The notes under the pieces are model-generated. The model saw only the letters and a list, made by a program, of their open reading frames with translations, searched no databases and was not told the DNA's origin. From Planctomycetota bacterium (GTDB lineage: Bacteria > Planctomycetota > GCA-002687715 > CAIWVZ01): a stretch of 64,000 bases of DNA. Of this stretch, positions 38,171 to 46,016 are shown piece after piece. Both the position numbers and the translations under genes were made by a program. Location of the stretch: positions 250,213 to 314,212 of the forward strand of contig JBGANV010000006.1 of the NCBI GenBank assembly GCA_044222185.1, read 5' to 3'. Numbering within the stretch: the first letter of the stretch is position 1; every line of letters starts with the position of its first letter.

Positions 38171-39234
38171 AGATCCGCAACTTCCTCCTGCCCGTGCTTT
38201 CCCTGGGCGGAATGGTGTTCGCGTCGTTCACCGTCGCCGGCCTGATGCGCGACAAACCGGATACCCCGCCGCCCGTGAAGCCTGCGGCTGCGCCGTTCTC
38301 CCGGACCCTGGCGGGTGCCGGGATCATCGAGCCGGCATCCGAGTTGATCGCCGTGGCACCGAGCGTCGCCGGCGTCGCCGTCGAGGTGCTCGTCGCGCCG
38401 GGCCAGCGCGTGAAGAAGGGCGACGCGCTCCTTCGCCAGGACGCGCGCGTGCCGCAGGCGCAGCGCGCGATCCACCAGGCTGAGATCGAGGCTGCAAAGA
38501 CGAAGTTGGCGCGGCTGCGCGCCATGCCGCGGACGGAGGAGGTGGCGCCGCTCGAGCAGGCCGTGCGCGAGCTCGAGGAGTGGCGGAAGGACGACAAGGA
38601 CAAGCTCGATCGCCTCCAGTCGCTCCTCGACCGCGGCGCCATGCAGGAGCGCGACGTCGTCGCGGCGCGGAACGCGCTCGACGCCCGCACCGCGCAACTC
38701 GCCAAGGCGAACGCGCAACTCGCGCTGATCCGCGCCGGCGCCTGGAAGCCGGACGTGGTCGTCGCGGAGGCGGAGGTCGCGGCCGCCGAGGCCGAGCTCG
38801 CGGGCGTGGCGACCGAGCTGGCGCGGCTGACCGTGACGGCCCCGACGGACGGTGTGATCCTCCAGGTGAACGTACGCGCTGGGGAGTTTCTTCCAGTCGG
38901 GGCGGCCGTCGCCCCGATCGTCATGGGGGAGATCGAACCCCTTCACGTCCGCGTGGATCTCGACGAGGTCGACGCATCGCGGTTCGTTCCCGGGTCGACC
39001 GCCGAGGCGTTCTTGCGGGGCCACCAGGACGCGGGGCACGCGGTCGCGATCGAGTTCGTGCGCACGGAACCGCTCGTGATTCCCAAGCGCGCGCTCACGG
39101 GCGTGGCGATCGAACGGATCGACACCCGCGTCCTCCAGGTGATCTATCGGGTCGCGAAGGTGCCCGCAGACGTGCGGCTCTACTGCGGCCAGCAGGTCGA
39201 AGTGTTCATCGACGCGGCTGAGTCGCGCCGCTGA
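38167..39234 (+). CDS. HlyD-family membrane-fusion (periplasmic adaptor) protein
   Basis: N-terminal TM, lipoyl-like VLVAPGQRVKKGDALLRQD, a long coiled-coil hairpin, then LTVTAPTDGVILQVNVRAGEF. The start overlaps the ATPase stop by 4 nt. Confidence 0.85.
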   Translation: MKIRNFLLPVLSLGGMVFASFTVAGLMRDKPDTPPPVKPAAAPFSRTLAGAGIIEPASELIAVAPSVAGVAVEVLVAPGQRVKKGDALLRQDARVPQAQRAIHQAEIEAAKTKLARLRAMPRTEEVAPLEQAVRELEEWRKDDKDKLDRLQSLLDRGAMQERDVVAARNALDARTAQLAKANAQLALIRAGAWKPDVVVAEAEVAAAEAELAGVATELARLTVTAPTDGVILQVNVRAGEFLPVGAAVAPIVMGEIEPLHVRVDLDEVDASRFVPGSTAEAFLRGHQDAGHAVAIEFVRTEPLVIPKRALTGVAIERIDTRVLQVIYRVAKVPADVRLYCGQQVEVFIDAAESRR

Positions 39235-40507
39235 CGGCGGCCGGCGCGTCGGCGCGGAGCCCGTCGATCTCGTCCGGCGTGAGCGGGCGGCTCTCACCGG
39301 GCGCGAGATCAGCGAGGGTGATCGGCCCGAAGTCGGTCCTGATCAAGACCTCGACGTCGTGTCCGACGGCCGCGAATTGGCGGCGGATCTGCCGATTCTT
39401 GCCTTCGCGCAACGTGACCTGGAGCCACGTCGAGCGCGGATTGCTCGAGTCGGAGACGACGATCTCGATCGGGGCGAAGCTCATGCCGTCGACATTCATG
39501 GGTTGAGTGCGCAGCCGAGTGAGCGTCTCGTCGCTCGGATGTCCGCGCACCTTGACCCGGTATCCCTTGCGAACGTGCGACGCAGGCGACAGGAGGCGAT
39601 CGGCAAGGTCGTGGTCGTTGGTGAGGATGAGAAGTCCCGCGCTGTCCTGATCGAGGCGCCCGACCGGCGCGAGTCCCGCGGGGACGGGCTTGGCGACGAG
39701 TTCCATCACGGTCGCGCGGCCTTCCGGATCATGAGTCGTCGTGACCATGCCGCGCGGCTTGTTCGCGGCCACGTAGACGAACGCGGACGCGGGATCGGGC
39801 GCGCCCACGGCAGTGCCATCGACCGCGATCTTGTCCGTGGCAGGCTTCACCTTGAAAAGGATGTCCGTGCGGACGAGTCCGTTCACGCTCACGCGTCCGG
39901 CGCGCACCATCGCCTCGGCCTGTTTGCGTGAGGCCACGTGCCACTTCGAGAGGATGCGCGGCAGGAAGATCGGCGTGGTTTCCGGCTTGGAGCGCCGCGG
40001 GGCTTCGGCCGGCGCCGTCTTCGGCACGCGGGGAATCCGCTCCTGAAGCGCGGCAAGCACGGCGACGGGGATCGGCACGCGCCGGTCCGGCCAGCCTTCG
40101 GCGGCGTTCGCGCGCTCCGCCGAACGGTGCGCCGAGGCGAACCACTTGTTCTCCATGGAGCAGTCGTCGGGTGTTCGCGGATTGAAGGCGAGACATGCAA
40201 CCGGCTTCACGTCGAAGGGAAGCGCGCAGGACATGTCGGCTTCGAGGAACGGGCACGTGTACCGCGTCGCCTTTCCCGTGAGCCGCAGCTCGTACTTCTC
40301 GACCGCAGCCCGCAAGCGAGCCGCCAGGGCGTCACGGCGCGAATCGCTGAGCGTTCGGAGGTGACGCGCGACGCGGTCTCCCTCCACGGGAAGGATGCGC
40401 ACGGAGTTGTGGGCGTCCGTGCAGCAGAGACCGCAGCCTTCGCAGGTGCGGATCGTGCGTTGCACGTCGCTGACGTGCTCGACGAGGCGTGAGCGTTCCG
40501 GATCCAT
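39206..40507 (-). CDS. fusion protein: YkgJ-type CxxCxxCC Zn/Fe-chelating domain + S4 domain + RsuA/RluB-family pseudouridine synthase
   Basis: N-terminus: CEGCGLCCTDAHNSVRILPVE...YTCPFLEADMSCALPFDVKPVACLAFNP (PF03692-like). Middle: LSKWHVASRKQAEAMVRAGRVSVNG (S4). C-terminus: NKPRGMVTT, GRLDQDSAGLLILTNDHDL, KGYRVKVRG, REGKNRQIRRQF. Confidence 0.8.
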   Translation of the reverse strand: MDPERSRLVEHVSDVQRTIRTCEGCGLCCTDAHNSVRILPVEGDRVARHLRTLSDSRRDALAARLRAAVEKYELRLTGKATRYTCPFLEADMSCALPFDVKPVACLAFNPRTPDDCSMENKWFASAHRSAERANAAEGWPDRRVPIPVAVLAALQERIPRVPKTAPAEAPRRSKPETTPIFLPRILSKWHVASRKQAEAMVRAGRVSVNGLVRTDILFKVKPATDKIAVDGTAVGAPDPASAFVYVAANKPRGMVTTTHDPEGRATVMELVAKPVPAGLAPVGRLDQDSAGLLILTNDHDLADRLLSPASHVRKGYRVKVRGHPSDETLTRLRTQPMNVDGMSFAPIEIVVSDSSNPRSTWLQVTLREGKNRQIRRQFAAVGHDVEVLIRTDFGPITLADLAPGESRPLTPDEIDGLRADAPAAVSGATQPRR

Positions 40508-40525
40508 GGTGCGTGCGGGTGGGCC

Positions 40526-42085
40526 TCAGAATTCGACCATCGCGAACACGAGATGGACGCAGAGGACGAAGATGGTGGTCCGGATGATCGTTGCCGTGAC
40601 CCCGCGTGCCAAGTCGTCACCGGAAAGTTTCGGCTTGTTTCCCATGCCCCAGGCGATGGCGACGGTGCCGACGAAGCAGAGGAGCGTCTTCCCGAACGCC
40701 CAGGCGAGGTGCTTGGACAGGATGGTCTCGCCGAGAAGGCGAGGGAAGTTCTCGCTGAACGTGAACGCAGTCTGCCCGGGGTGCGTCCCCAGGAACACGA
40801 CCGCGGCGGCGAAGGACGCGCACTTCCAGGCGATCAGCCAGATGAGCGGGGCTCCGAAAACGGCGGCGAGCGTGATCGCGGACAAGAGGTAGCGAGCTGG
40901 TGGCGTTCGCTGCACGCTCAACGCGTCCATTTGGCGGGTGTAGACCCGATGACCGATGTCCGCTGCGATGGCGGCGCCGCCTCGCGCCGCAAACAGGAGC
41001 GTGATCGTTCCCGGGACGACGACCCGATGGAGCGCGAATCCGAGAGAGCCGAGGATCTCCTCGAGGATCACCGGCTCGGTGAACCCCGAGTACGGAATCA
41101 GGTGGAAGAGGAAGAACGAGACGACGAAGCCGGCGATGAGGCCCGCGAGCGCCATGAATGGCAACGCCGAGCCCAGAACGAGGAGGAGGACGTAGCCCCA
41201 GGTGAAGCGCGCACCCCAGCGTGGCTTTCTGAACCGCGGCGCGAGTGAGGCGAGCGTGCAGGCGAGATCCCCGACGAAGGCGCCCGTGGCGTCGACGGTG
41301 GCGATGAGCGCCCGGCCGACGGCCGTCGCCCAGCCGGGACGCGTCGCGGGCGCGGGTGGCGAGTCATCCGCGGGCGACGCCGAGCGGAGCTCCGCCAGCG
41401 CGCGGTTGACGTCGTCCTTCGGAACGTCGACGAACCGGCGCGTTCGCGGATCCAGGAGGACGATCCGATCGGCGATCGGTAGCAGCGCGACGAGGTCGTG
41501 CGTCACGACGACGGAGGTCATGCGATGGGTGTCGTGAACGCGGCGGATCCGACCGGCTACGGCCTCGGACATCGCCGGGTCGAGCCCCGAGGTCGGTTCG
41601 TCATAGAGCATGAGGCGCGGCCGCTGGGCGAGCGCGCGCGCGATCGCGAGTCGTTGCTTCTCGCCCCCGGACATCCGCGCGGGCCTCTGGTCTCCGCGGA
41701 GCCCGAACTCCGAGAGGAGGTCCTCGACGGCATGCGCGCGTTCGGTCTCGGGGATTGCCCCGTGATCCAGGGCGAAGGCGACGTTTCGGCGCGCGTCCCA
41801 GTCGTCGAACAGGGCGAAGTCCTGGAAGACTACGCCCGTTCCAGGCGCCGGCCCGTCCTTCGCGACGTCGTGTCCGAGGACTCGGGCCGACCCGCGCAGG
41901 TCGAGTCCCCGGCGGCCGGCGATGCCGGCCATCAACGAGAGCGTGATCGACTTGCCGCTGCCGCTCTTGCCGACCAGGAGACAGAGCTCGCCTTCACCGA
42001 TCGACAGGCGGGCGTCTTCCAGGATCACGCGGCGTCCGGCGCGGATCGTGAGGTCGCCAATCTCGATGACTGGAGGTTGAGGCAT
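40526..42085 (-). CDS. fused ABC ATPase-permease, MlaF-like + MlaE-like
   Basis: N-terminal half: GKSGSGKS, MSGGEKQRLAIARAL, LMLYDEPTSGLD, VTHD. C-terminal half: 5-6 TM segments with ...TLLFAARGGAAIAADIGHRVYTRQMDALSV..., resembling the MlaE core (GR.GSA..AEIG.M...EQIDAL). Confidence 0.75.
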   Translation of the reverse strand: MPQPPVIEIGDLTIRAGRRVILEDARLSIGEGELCLLVGKSGSGKSITLSLMAGIAGRRGLDLRGSARVLGHDVAKDGPAPGTGVVFQDFALFDDWDARRNVAFALDHGAIPETERAHAVEDLLSEFGLRGDQRPARMSGGEKQRLAIARALAQRPRLMLYDEPTSGLDPAMSEAVAGRIRRVHDTHRMTSVVVTHDLVALLPIADRIVLLDPRTRRFVDVPKDDVNRALAELRSASPADDSPPAPATRPGWATAVGRALIATVDATGAFVGDLACTLASLAPRFRKPRWGARFTWGYVLLLVLGSALPFMALAGLIAGFVVSFFLFHLIPYSGFTEPVILEEILGSLGFALHRVVVPGTITLLFAARGGAAIAADIGHRVYTRQMDALSVQRTPPARYLLSAITLAAVFGAPLIWLIAWKCASFAAAVVFLGTHPGQTAFTFSENFPRLLGETILSKHLAWAFGKTLLCFVGTVAIAWGMGNKPKLSGDDLARGVTATIIRTTIFVLCVHLVFAMVEF

Positions 42086-42124
42086 GTGCGAAGGGGAGGC
42101 ATTCTACGCGCCTGGAGGAATCGC

Positions 42125-43132
42125 ATGCGCCCGCGGGGCGTCGTCGCAGTCGTGTTGGTCGTCGTCGCGGTCGCCGCGGGTTGGGCTGGGCTGGCGATCG
42201 GCGCGGGTCCTGCGGGCTGGCGCCGTTGGATCGACCGATCGGGCACGGGTGCGGCTGGTGGCGCGACGCTCTCGATGAACGTCGACCCCGTCGATGCGCG
42301 CGCGTTTCGCGTCACGGTCACGGGACCCCCGGGCCGGAGAGGGCGCTTCCAGGCTTCCGCGGACCTCGGTCCGACCGTGGTCGACCTGCGGGCGAGCGAC
42401 CTCACCGTGATGACGCCGGGGGCGGGGGGCTTCGCGACCGACTTCTCGTTTCCCGCCGACGGGCAACTGGCGACGGACGTGCCGATGGATGTGGTTCCCG
42501 CCGCGGGTCTCTTCGTTCAGGCCTTCGCGGAATCGCCCGCTGGGACGGGCGAGCGGCGGTGGACGACGGATGCGCTCGGCGTCTGGGTGGACGCGGGAAC
42601 TCTCGTCGTGCGTCCCGCGGCGGCGCTCGTCCTGCGGCGGCACGGCCGGTCGCTCATCGCCGGATGCCTCGTCGTCGCTGGGGTCGTCGCACTTCTGCTC
42701 AGGCGATGGTGGGCGCCGTCGCGGGGAGCCGTCGCCGGCGCTCGTCTCGCCGCGACGGGGTTCGTCGTGCTCGCGGCGTGGAATGCGGCCGCCGTGTTTC
42801 GTGGACGCGAACTCCGACCGGGCGACGTGTTCCGTTCGCGAGAGGAACAGCTGGCGGCGGCGTTCGAGCCCGGGTTCCCCGAACTCGTTTCCAGATGCCG
42901 AACCCTCCGCGACGCGGGCGCTCGAATCCGGGTCGTCGCGATGGATCCTCCCGGATTGAAGGTCGGTGCCGCGCTTCGGTTGCTCGTTCCCGGGATCGAT
43001 CTCCTGGTCGACGGGAACGCCGAGTCGCGGGCCGGGTTCGGGGCGACGCTCTATCTGGGCGCCGCGGCTCGAGCCTTCTCCGGGCCGGCGGGGCTGCGTG
43101 GTGGAGCATTCGCGCTCGTGGAGGCGCGCTGA
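42125..43132 (+). CDS. hypothetical membrane protein
   Basis: In-frame ATG at 42125 with N-terminal TM MRPRGVVAVVLVVVAVAAGWAGLAI, an extracytoplasmic ~150-aa segment, two more TM segments and a soluble tail. No recognisable domain. Confidence 0.5.
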   Translation: MRPRGVVAVVLVVVAVAAGWAGLAIGAGPAGWRRWIDRSGTGAAGGATLSMNVDPVDARAFRVTVTGPPGRRGRFQASADLGPTVVDLRASDLTVMTPGAGGFATDFSFPADGQLATDVPMDVVPAAGLFVQAFAESPAGTGERRWTTDALGVWVDAGTLVVRPAAALVLRRHGRSLIAGCLVVAGVVALLLRRWWAPSRGAVAGARLAATGFVVLAAWNAAAVFRGRELRPGDVFRSREEQLAAAFEPGFPELVSRCRTLRDAGARIRVVAMDPPGLKVGAALRLLVPGIDLLVDGNAESRAGFGATLYLGAAARAFSGPAGLRGGAFALVEAR

Positions 43133-43133
43133 C

Positions 43134-44480
43134 GTGGGCACTGCGACCCTCGCGGCTCTCGCCGTCGTTGCGGCGATCTGGTGCGTCGGCGCCGGCGTCG
43201 TCACCCTGGCTCGGGTTTCGTGCCGGACTCGATCCGGTCTTGCGTCGACGGCGTTCTGGATGGGCTGCGTCGTCGTCGGCGCGGTGCTGCTCGGCCTCCG
43301 CGCGCTCGACTGCGGTTGGGATCTGGGGGCGTTGTGGACGATGGGCGGCGCGTCGGCCTTGATGCTCGTCGCGCGTCGCCGCTGGGCGTCACGAACCGTG
43401 GAGCCTGAACCCGGCTCCCGCGTGTCCGCGATCCTTGCCGGCATCGCGGTGGCCGTGGCGGGCGCGGTCATCGCGGCTGCATGGTCCATGCCCGAGAACG
43501 CGCATGACGCCCACGCCATGTGGCTCTATCGGGCGCGGCTGTTTTCCGAAAGCGCCGGGTTCGTCGACCCTCCGGAGCACCGCCTCGATTATCCACACCC
43601 CGAGTATCCGCCGCTGTTCCCACTCCTCGTCCAACTCGTCTTCCGCGCCGGAGGGCTGGATCTGTGGTCGCCACACGTGCTCACGGTCGCGGCGTGGCTT
43701 TCGCTCATTGGTCTCCTGGTGGAGTCGGGCGAGGGGCGTCCACGCGCGTGGATCGTTGCGCTCGCGGTCGGGTGCGCCGGGCCCGTATTGGCGCCGGCCG
43801 CCCGCGCCGTGGCCGACGTCTCTCTCGCGGCCCTCGTGTGCGGGGCCGTCTTGTGGATGGGGAGGGGGATCCAAAGCCGGCGTTCGTTCGATCCCGCGTT
43901 CGTCATCGGTGCTGCATTCGTCTGTGGCGCGACGTCGTTGAAGAACGAGGCGTCGGTACTCGCGATCGTCCTTTGTGTCGTGGCTGCCATATCGGCCCGG
44001 CGGATCGAACCGGGGATCTGGGTTGCGGCCGGTGCCTTGCTCGGTCGTATGCCGTGGCAATGGATCACATCGAATCACGGGTGGACGAACGTGGATTTTC
44101 GGCTGGGTGCCCGGGTGTTCCTCCAGCCAGCAATACTCCTCGACCGCCTGTATGAGATTCCCGCGCTGGCGTGGGCGATCCTCATGAACGACCTATCCGG
44201 ATTGCCGCTCGTGATCGGCTGGATATGGGTGCTCGTCTATCGCCCGTCGCCACGCCGGCTATCCGGATTGGCGGCATGGGTGTCTCTGGGTGGCGGCTCG
44301 AGCGTATTGTGCGCCTACCTGGCATCGATCCACGACATGGAGTACCACGTCGGCACCTCGTACGGGCGGGCGATCGCCACACCTCTGGCGCTCGCGGGCC
44401 TGGCGTTGGCGGCCTTCGGCGTCGGCGATGGGGGCTCGGACGCGAAACCCCGGCCGTCCTCCGAATCCGGCGATCAGTAG
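43134..44480 (+). CDS. polytopic membrane protein, possible GT-C-type glycosyltransferase
   Basis: The in-frame GTG at 43134 lies 1 nt after the TGA of the preceding gene. At least 10 hydrophobic segments, with a loop PENAHDAHAMWLYRARLF...HPEYPPLFPLLV. The product call is tentative. Confidence 0.5.
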   Translation: MGTATLAALAVVAAIWCVGAGVVTLARVSCRTRSGLASTAFWMGCVVVGAVLLGLRALDCGWDLGALWTMGGASALMLVARRRWASRTVEPEPGSRVSAILAGIAVAVAGAVIAAAWSMPENAHDAHAMWLYRARLFSESAGFVDPPEHRLDYPHPEYPPLFPLLVQLVFRAGGLDLWSPHVLTVAAWLSLIGLLVESGEGRPRAWIVALAVGCAGPVLAPAARAVADVSLAALVCGAVLWMGRGIQSRRSFDPAFVIGAAFVCGATSLKNEASVLAIVLCVVAAISARRIEPGIWVAAGALLGRMPWQWITSNHGWTNVDFRLGARVFLQPAILLDRLYEIPALAWAILMNDLSGLPLVIGWIWVLVYRPSPRRLSGLAAWVSLGGGSSVLCAYLASIHDMEYHVGTSYGRAIATPLALAGLALAAFGVGDGGSDAKPRPSSESGDQ

Positions 44481-44842
44481 CCGGCGGCGATTTCGGCGAT
44501 CTGCTGAAGGGCTGCGCGCATGGAGGTGAGCTGCTCTTGGATCGCCTGCAGCGTCGCGACGAGATCGCCGCTTGCTGCCGAGCGGGGCGGACGCCCGGGC
44601 CCGCGCCGCGCGGATTTCGAGCCCGACTCAGCGATCGGAGCGCCTGGCGCCCGGGCCGCTGCCGGCTTCTTGCGACCCATTCCGAGCTTCTTCTTCGCCA
44701 GCCCCATGATCAGCGGATAGACGTGATATCCCTGCTTCTTGGCCGTCGACACGATGGCGGAATAGGGCATCTGCGCATCGCTCCGGATGAGCTTTGCGAC
44801 GAATTCGACGACGACCGAGCGCGGAATCTCTGTCTTGACCAT
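44474..44842 (-). CDS. small basic protein, one ~40-aa repeat domain + AT-hook-like GRP motif + C-terminal coiled coil (paralogue A)
   Basis: 122 aa: VVVEFVAKLIRSDAQMPYSAIVSTAKKQGYHVYPLIMGLAKKKLGM, then a basic linker with RRGPGRPPR, then LVATLQAIQEQLTSMRAALQQIAEIA. It starts 18 nt after the stop of paralogue B. Confidence 0.6.
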   Translation of the reverse strand: MVKTEIPRSVVVEFVAKLIRSDAQMPYSAIVSTAKKQGYHVYPLIMGLAKKKLGMGRKKPAAARAPGAPIAESGSKSARRGPGRPPRSAASGDLVATLQAIQEQLTSMRAALQQIAEIAAGY

Positions 44843-44860
44843 GTTGTTGCCCCGGATTCG

Positions 44861-45550
44861 TCAGAGGACGTTCTTGAGGATGCCGGCGATCTGATCGAGG
44901 GCCTGCATGTAGCGGTCACGTTCGGCGAGCACGTCTTGCAACTCCGCAACCATCGACGACAGGTTGGAGAGGTCCAGACCCTTCCGCCGTCCCCTGCGGG
45001 CGACGGGCGGCGCAGGCTGTGACGGCGCGGGTTCCGCCGCGGGCTGCGGCCTTCGCGGACGGGCGGTCGTGCGCGGCTTCGCGTTCATGCCGAGCGCGCG
45101 GCGGGCGTTCCCGAAATTGATCGGCGCGATGGAGAAGCCCGCGGCGTCCGCCGCCGTCTTGACGTCGCCATAGCTTGCATCGGGCCTCTGACGCAGAAAC
45201 TCGATGACGAACGTCATCAGGGGTGTTCGTTCGCTCACGGTGTCGCTCCTTTGCATGGAACCCGCACTGGCCTTGCCGGACGGGCGAGCCGCGGACCTCG
45301 GCGGGGCCGCGGTGACGCCGACGCGGCGTCTCGCTTCCGCGAACTGACGCGCGGTGACTGTGATGTTCAGCTTGCGCGCATCGATACGAACGTCGCGGAA
45401 TTGCAGGTCGGGAGTGGCGCGTAGCCAGCTCTCGAGGAGCTGCACCACTTCCTCCGGTGACAATCCCGGTTGCGAGCTCATGGACCCCGTCGGGTAATCA
45501 GGTGGGGCGAAATGGGAGGCCGTTGACGCACTTAGCGGAATATGCGGCAT
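44861..45550 (-). CDS. small basic protein with two copies of the same ~40-aa domain + Arg-rich linker + C-terminal coiled coil (paralogue B)
   Basis: Domain copies ATPDLQFRDVRIDARKLNITVTARQFAEARRRVGV and QRPDASYGDVKTAADAAGFSIAPINFGNARRALGM, then ARRGRRKG and LSSMVAELQDVLAERDRYMQALDQIAGIL. Start is ATG 45550 or ATG 45481. Confidence 0.6.
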   Translation of the reverse strand: MPHIPLSASTASHFAPPDYPTGSMSSQPGLSPEEVVQLLESWLRATPDLQFRDVRIDARKLNITVTARQFAEARRRVGVTAAPPRSAARPSGKASAGSMQRSDTVSERTPLMTFVIEFLRQRPDASYGDVKTAADAAGFSIAPINFGNARRALGMNAKPRTTARPRRPQPAAEPAPSQPAPPVARRGRRKGLDLSNLSSMVAELQDVLAERDRYMQALDQIAGILKNVL

Positions 45551-45975
45551 TAGGAGGTACTACTCGTCGGGCGAGGGGCGAGGGGCGCGACGACGCGCAC
45601 ACGGTAAGCGCCATTCGACGTGTCACAAGTCCTCGCGGCATTCGTCGTTGACTCGGATCGTCACGTCGGATGGTCACGTCACGGCGCTGCTGAGGCGCGC
45701 TCGCAGGCGTGTGCCGTCGGTGACGCGCCGCCTTGCTGACGGATGCAGTCAGGGAGTCACGAGGCGACGAGTAATGCGGTAAGGCTTTCCGATGGCCCGG
45801 AACAATGTGACCGGCCATTGAAAGGTGCCGATGCGGCAAGGTTGGAAGCCGCGATGCGGCTGATTCCGAATTTGGCGGATATGCCACGTGGGCTGGCGAT
45901 CCGATATCCGCGATCGACCCCCGCGCGCTCAGTCCATCCCAAACGGACACAACCGCCGGATCGACGCGAGGGGAC

Positions 45976-46003
45976 GCATCGTGCGCGCTGCCGCGCACGA
46001 TGC
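45976..46003 (-). terminator. perfect 12-bp stem hairpin GCATCGTGCGCG-ctgc-CGCGCACGATGC
   Basis: Read directly. It lies 14 nt downstream of the stop (46017-46019 complement) of the YhaN-like ATPase gene. No U-tract, which is common in GC-rich genomes. Confidence 0.5.
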
Positions 46004-46016
46004 GTGTCGGCGCACC

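Noticed and set aside
45551-45556. Strong Shine-Dalgarno-like AGGAGG on the plus strand
   Set aside because: No ATG/GTG/TTG lies within a usable distance downstream on the plus strand. It is the complement of the sequence just upstream of the minus-strand ATG at 45550, so it is not an RBS for either strand.
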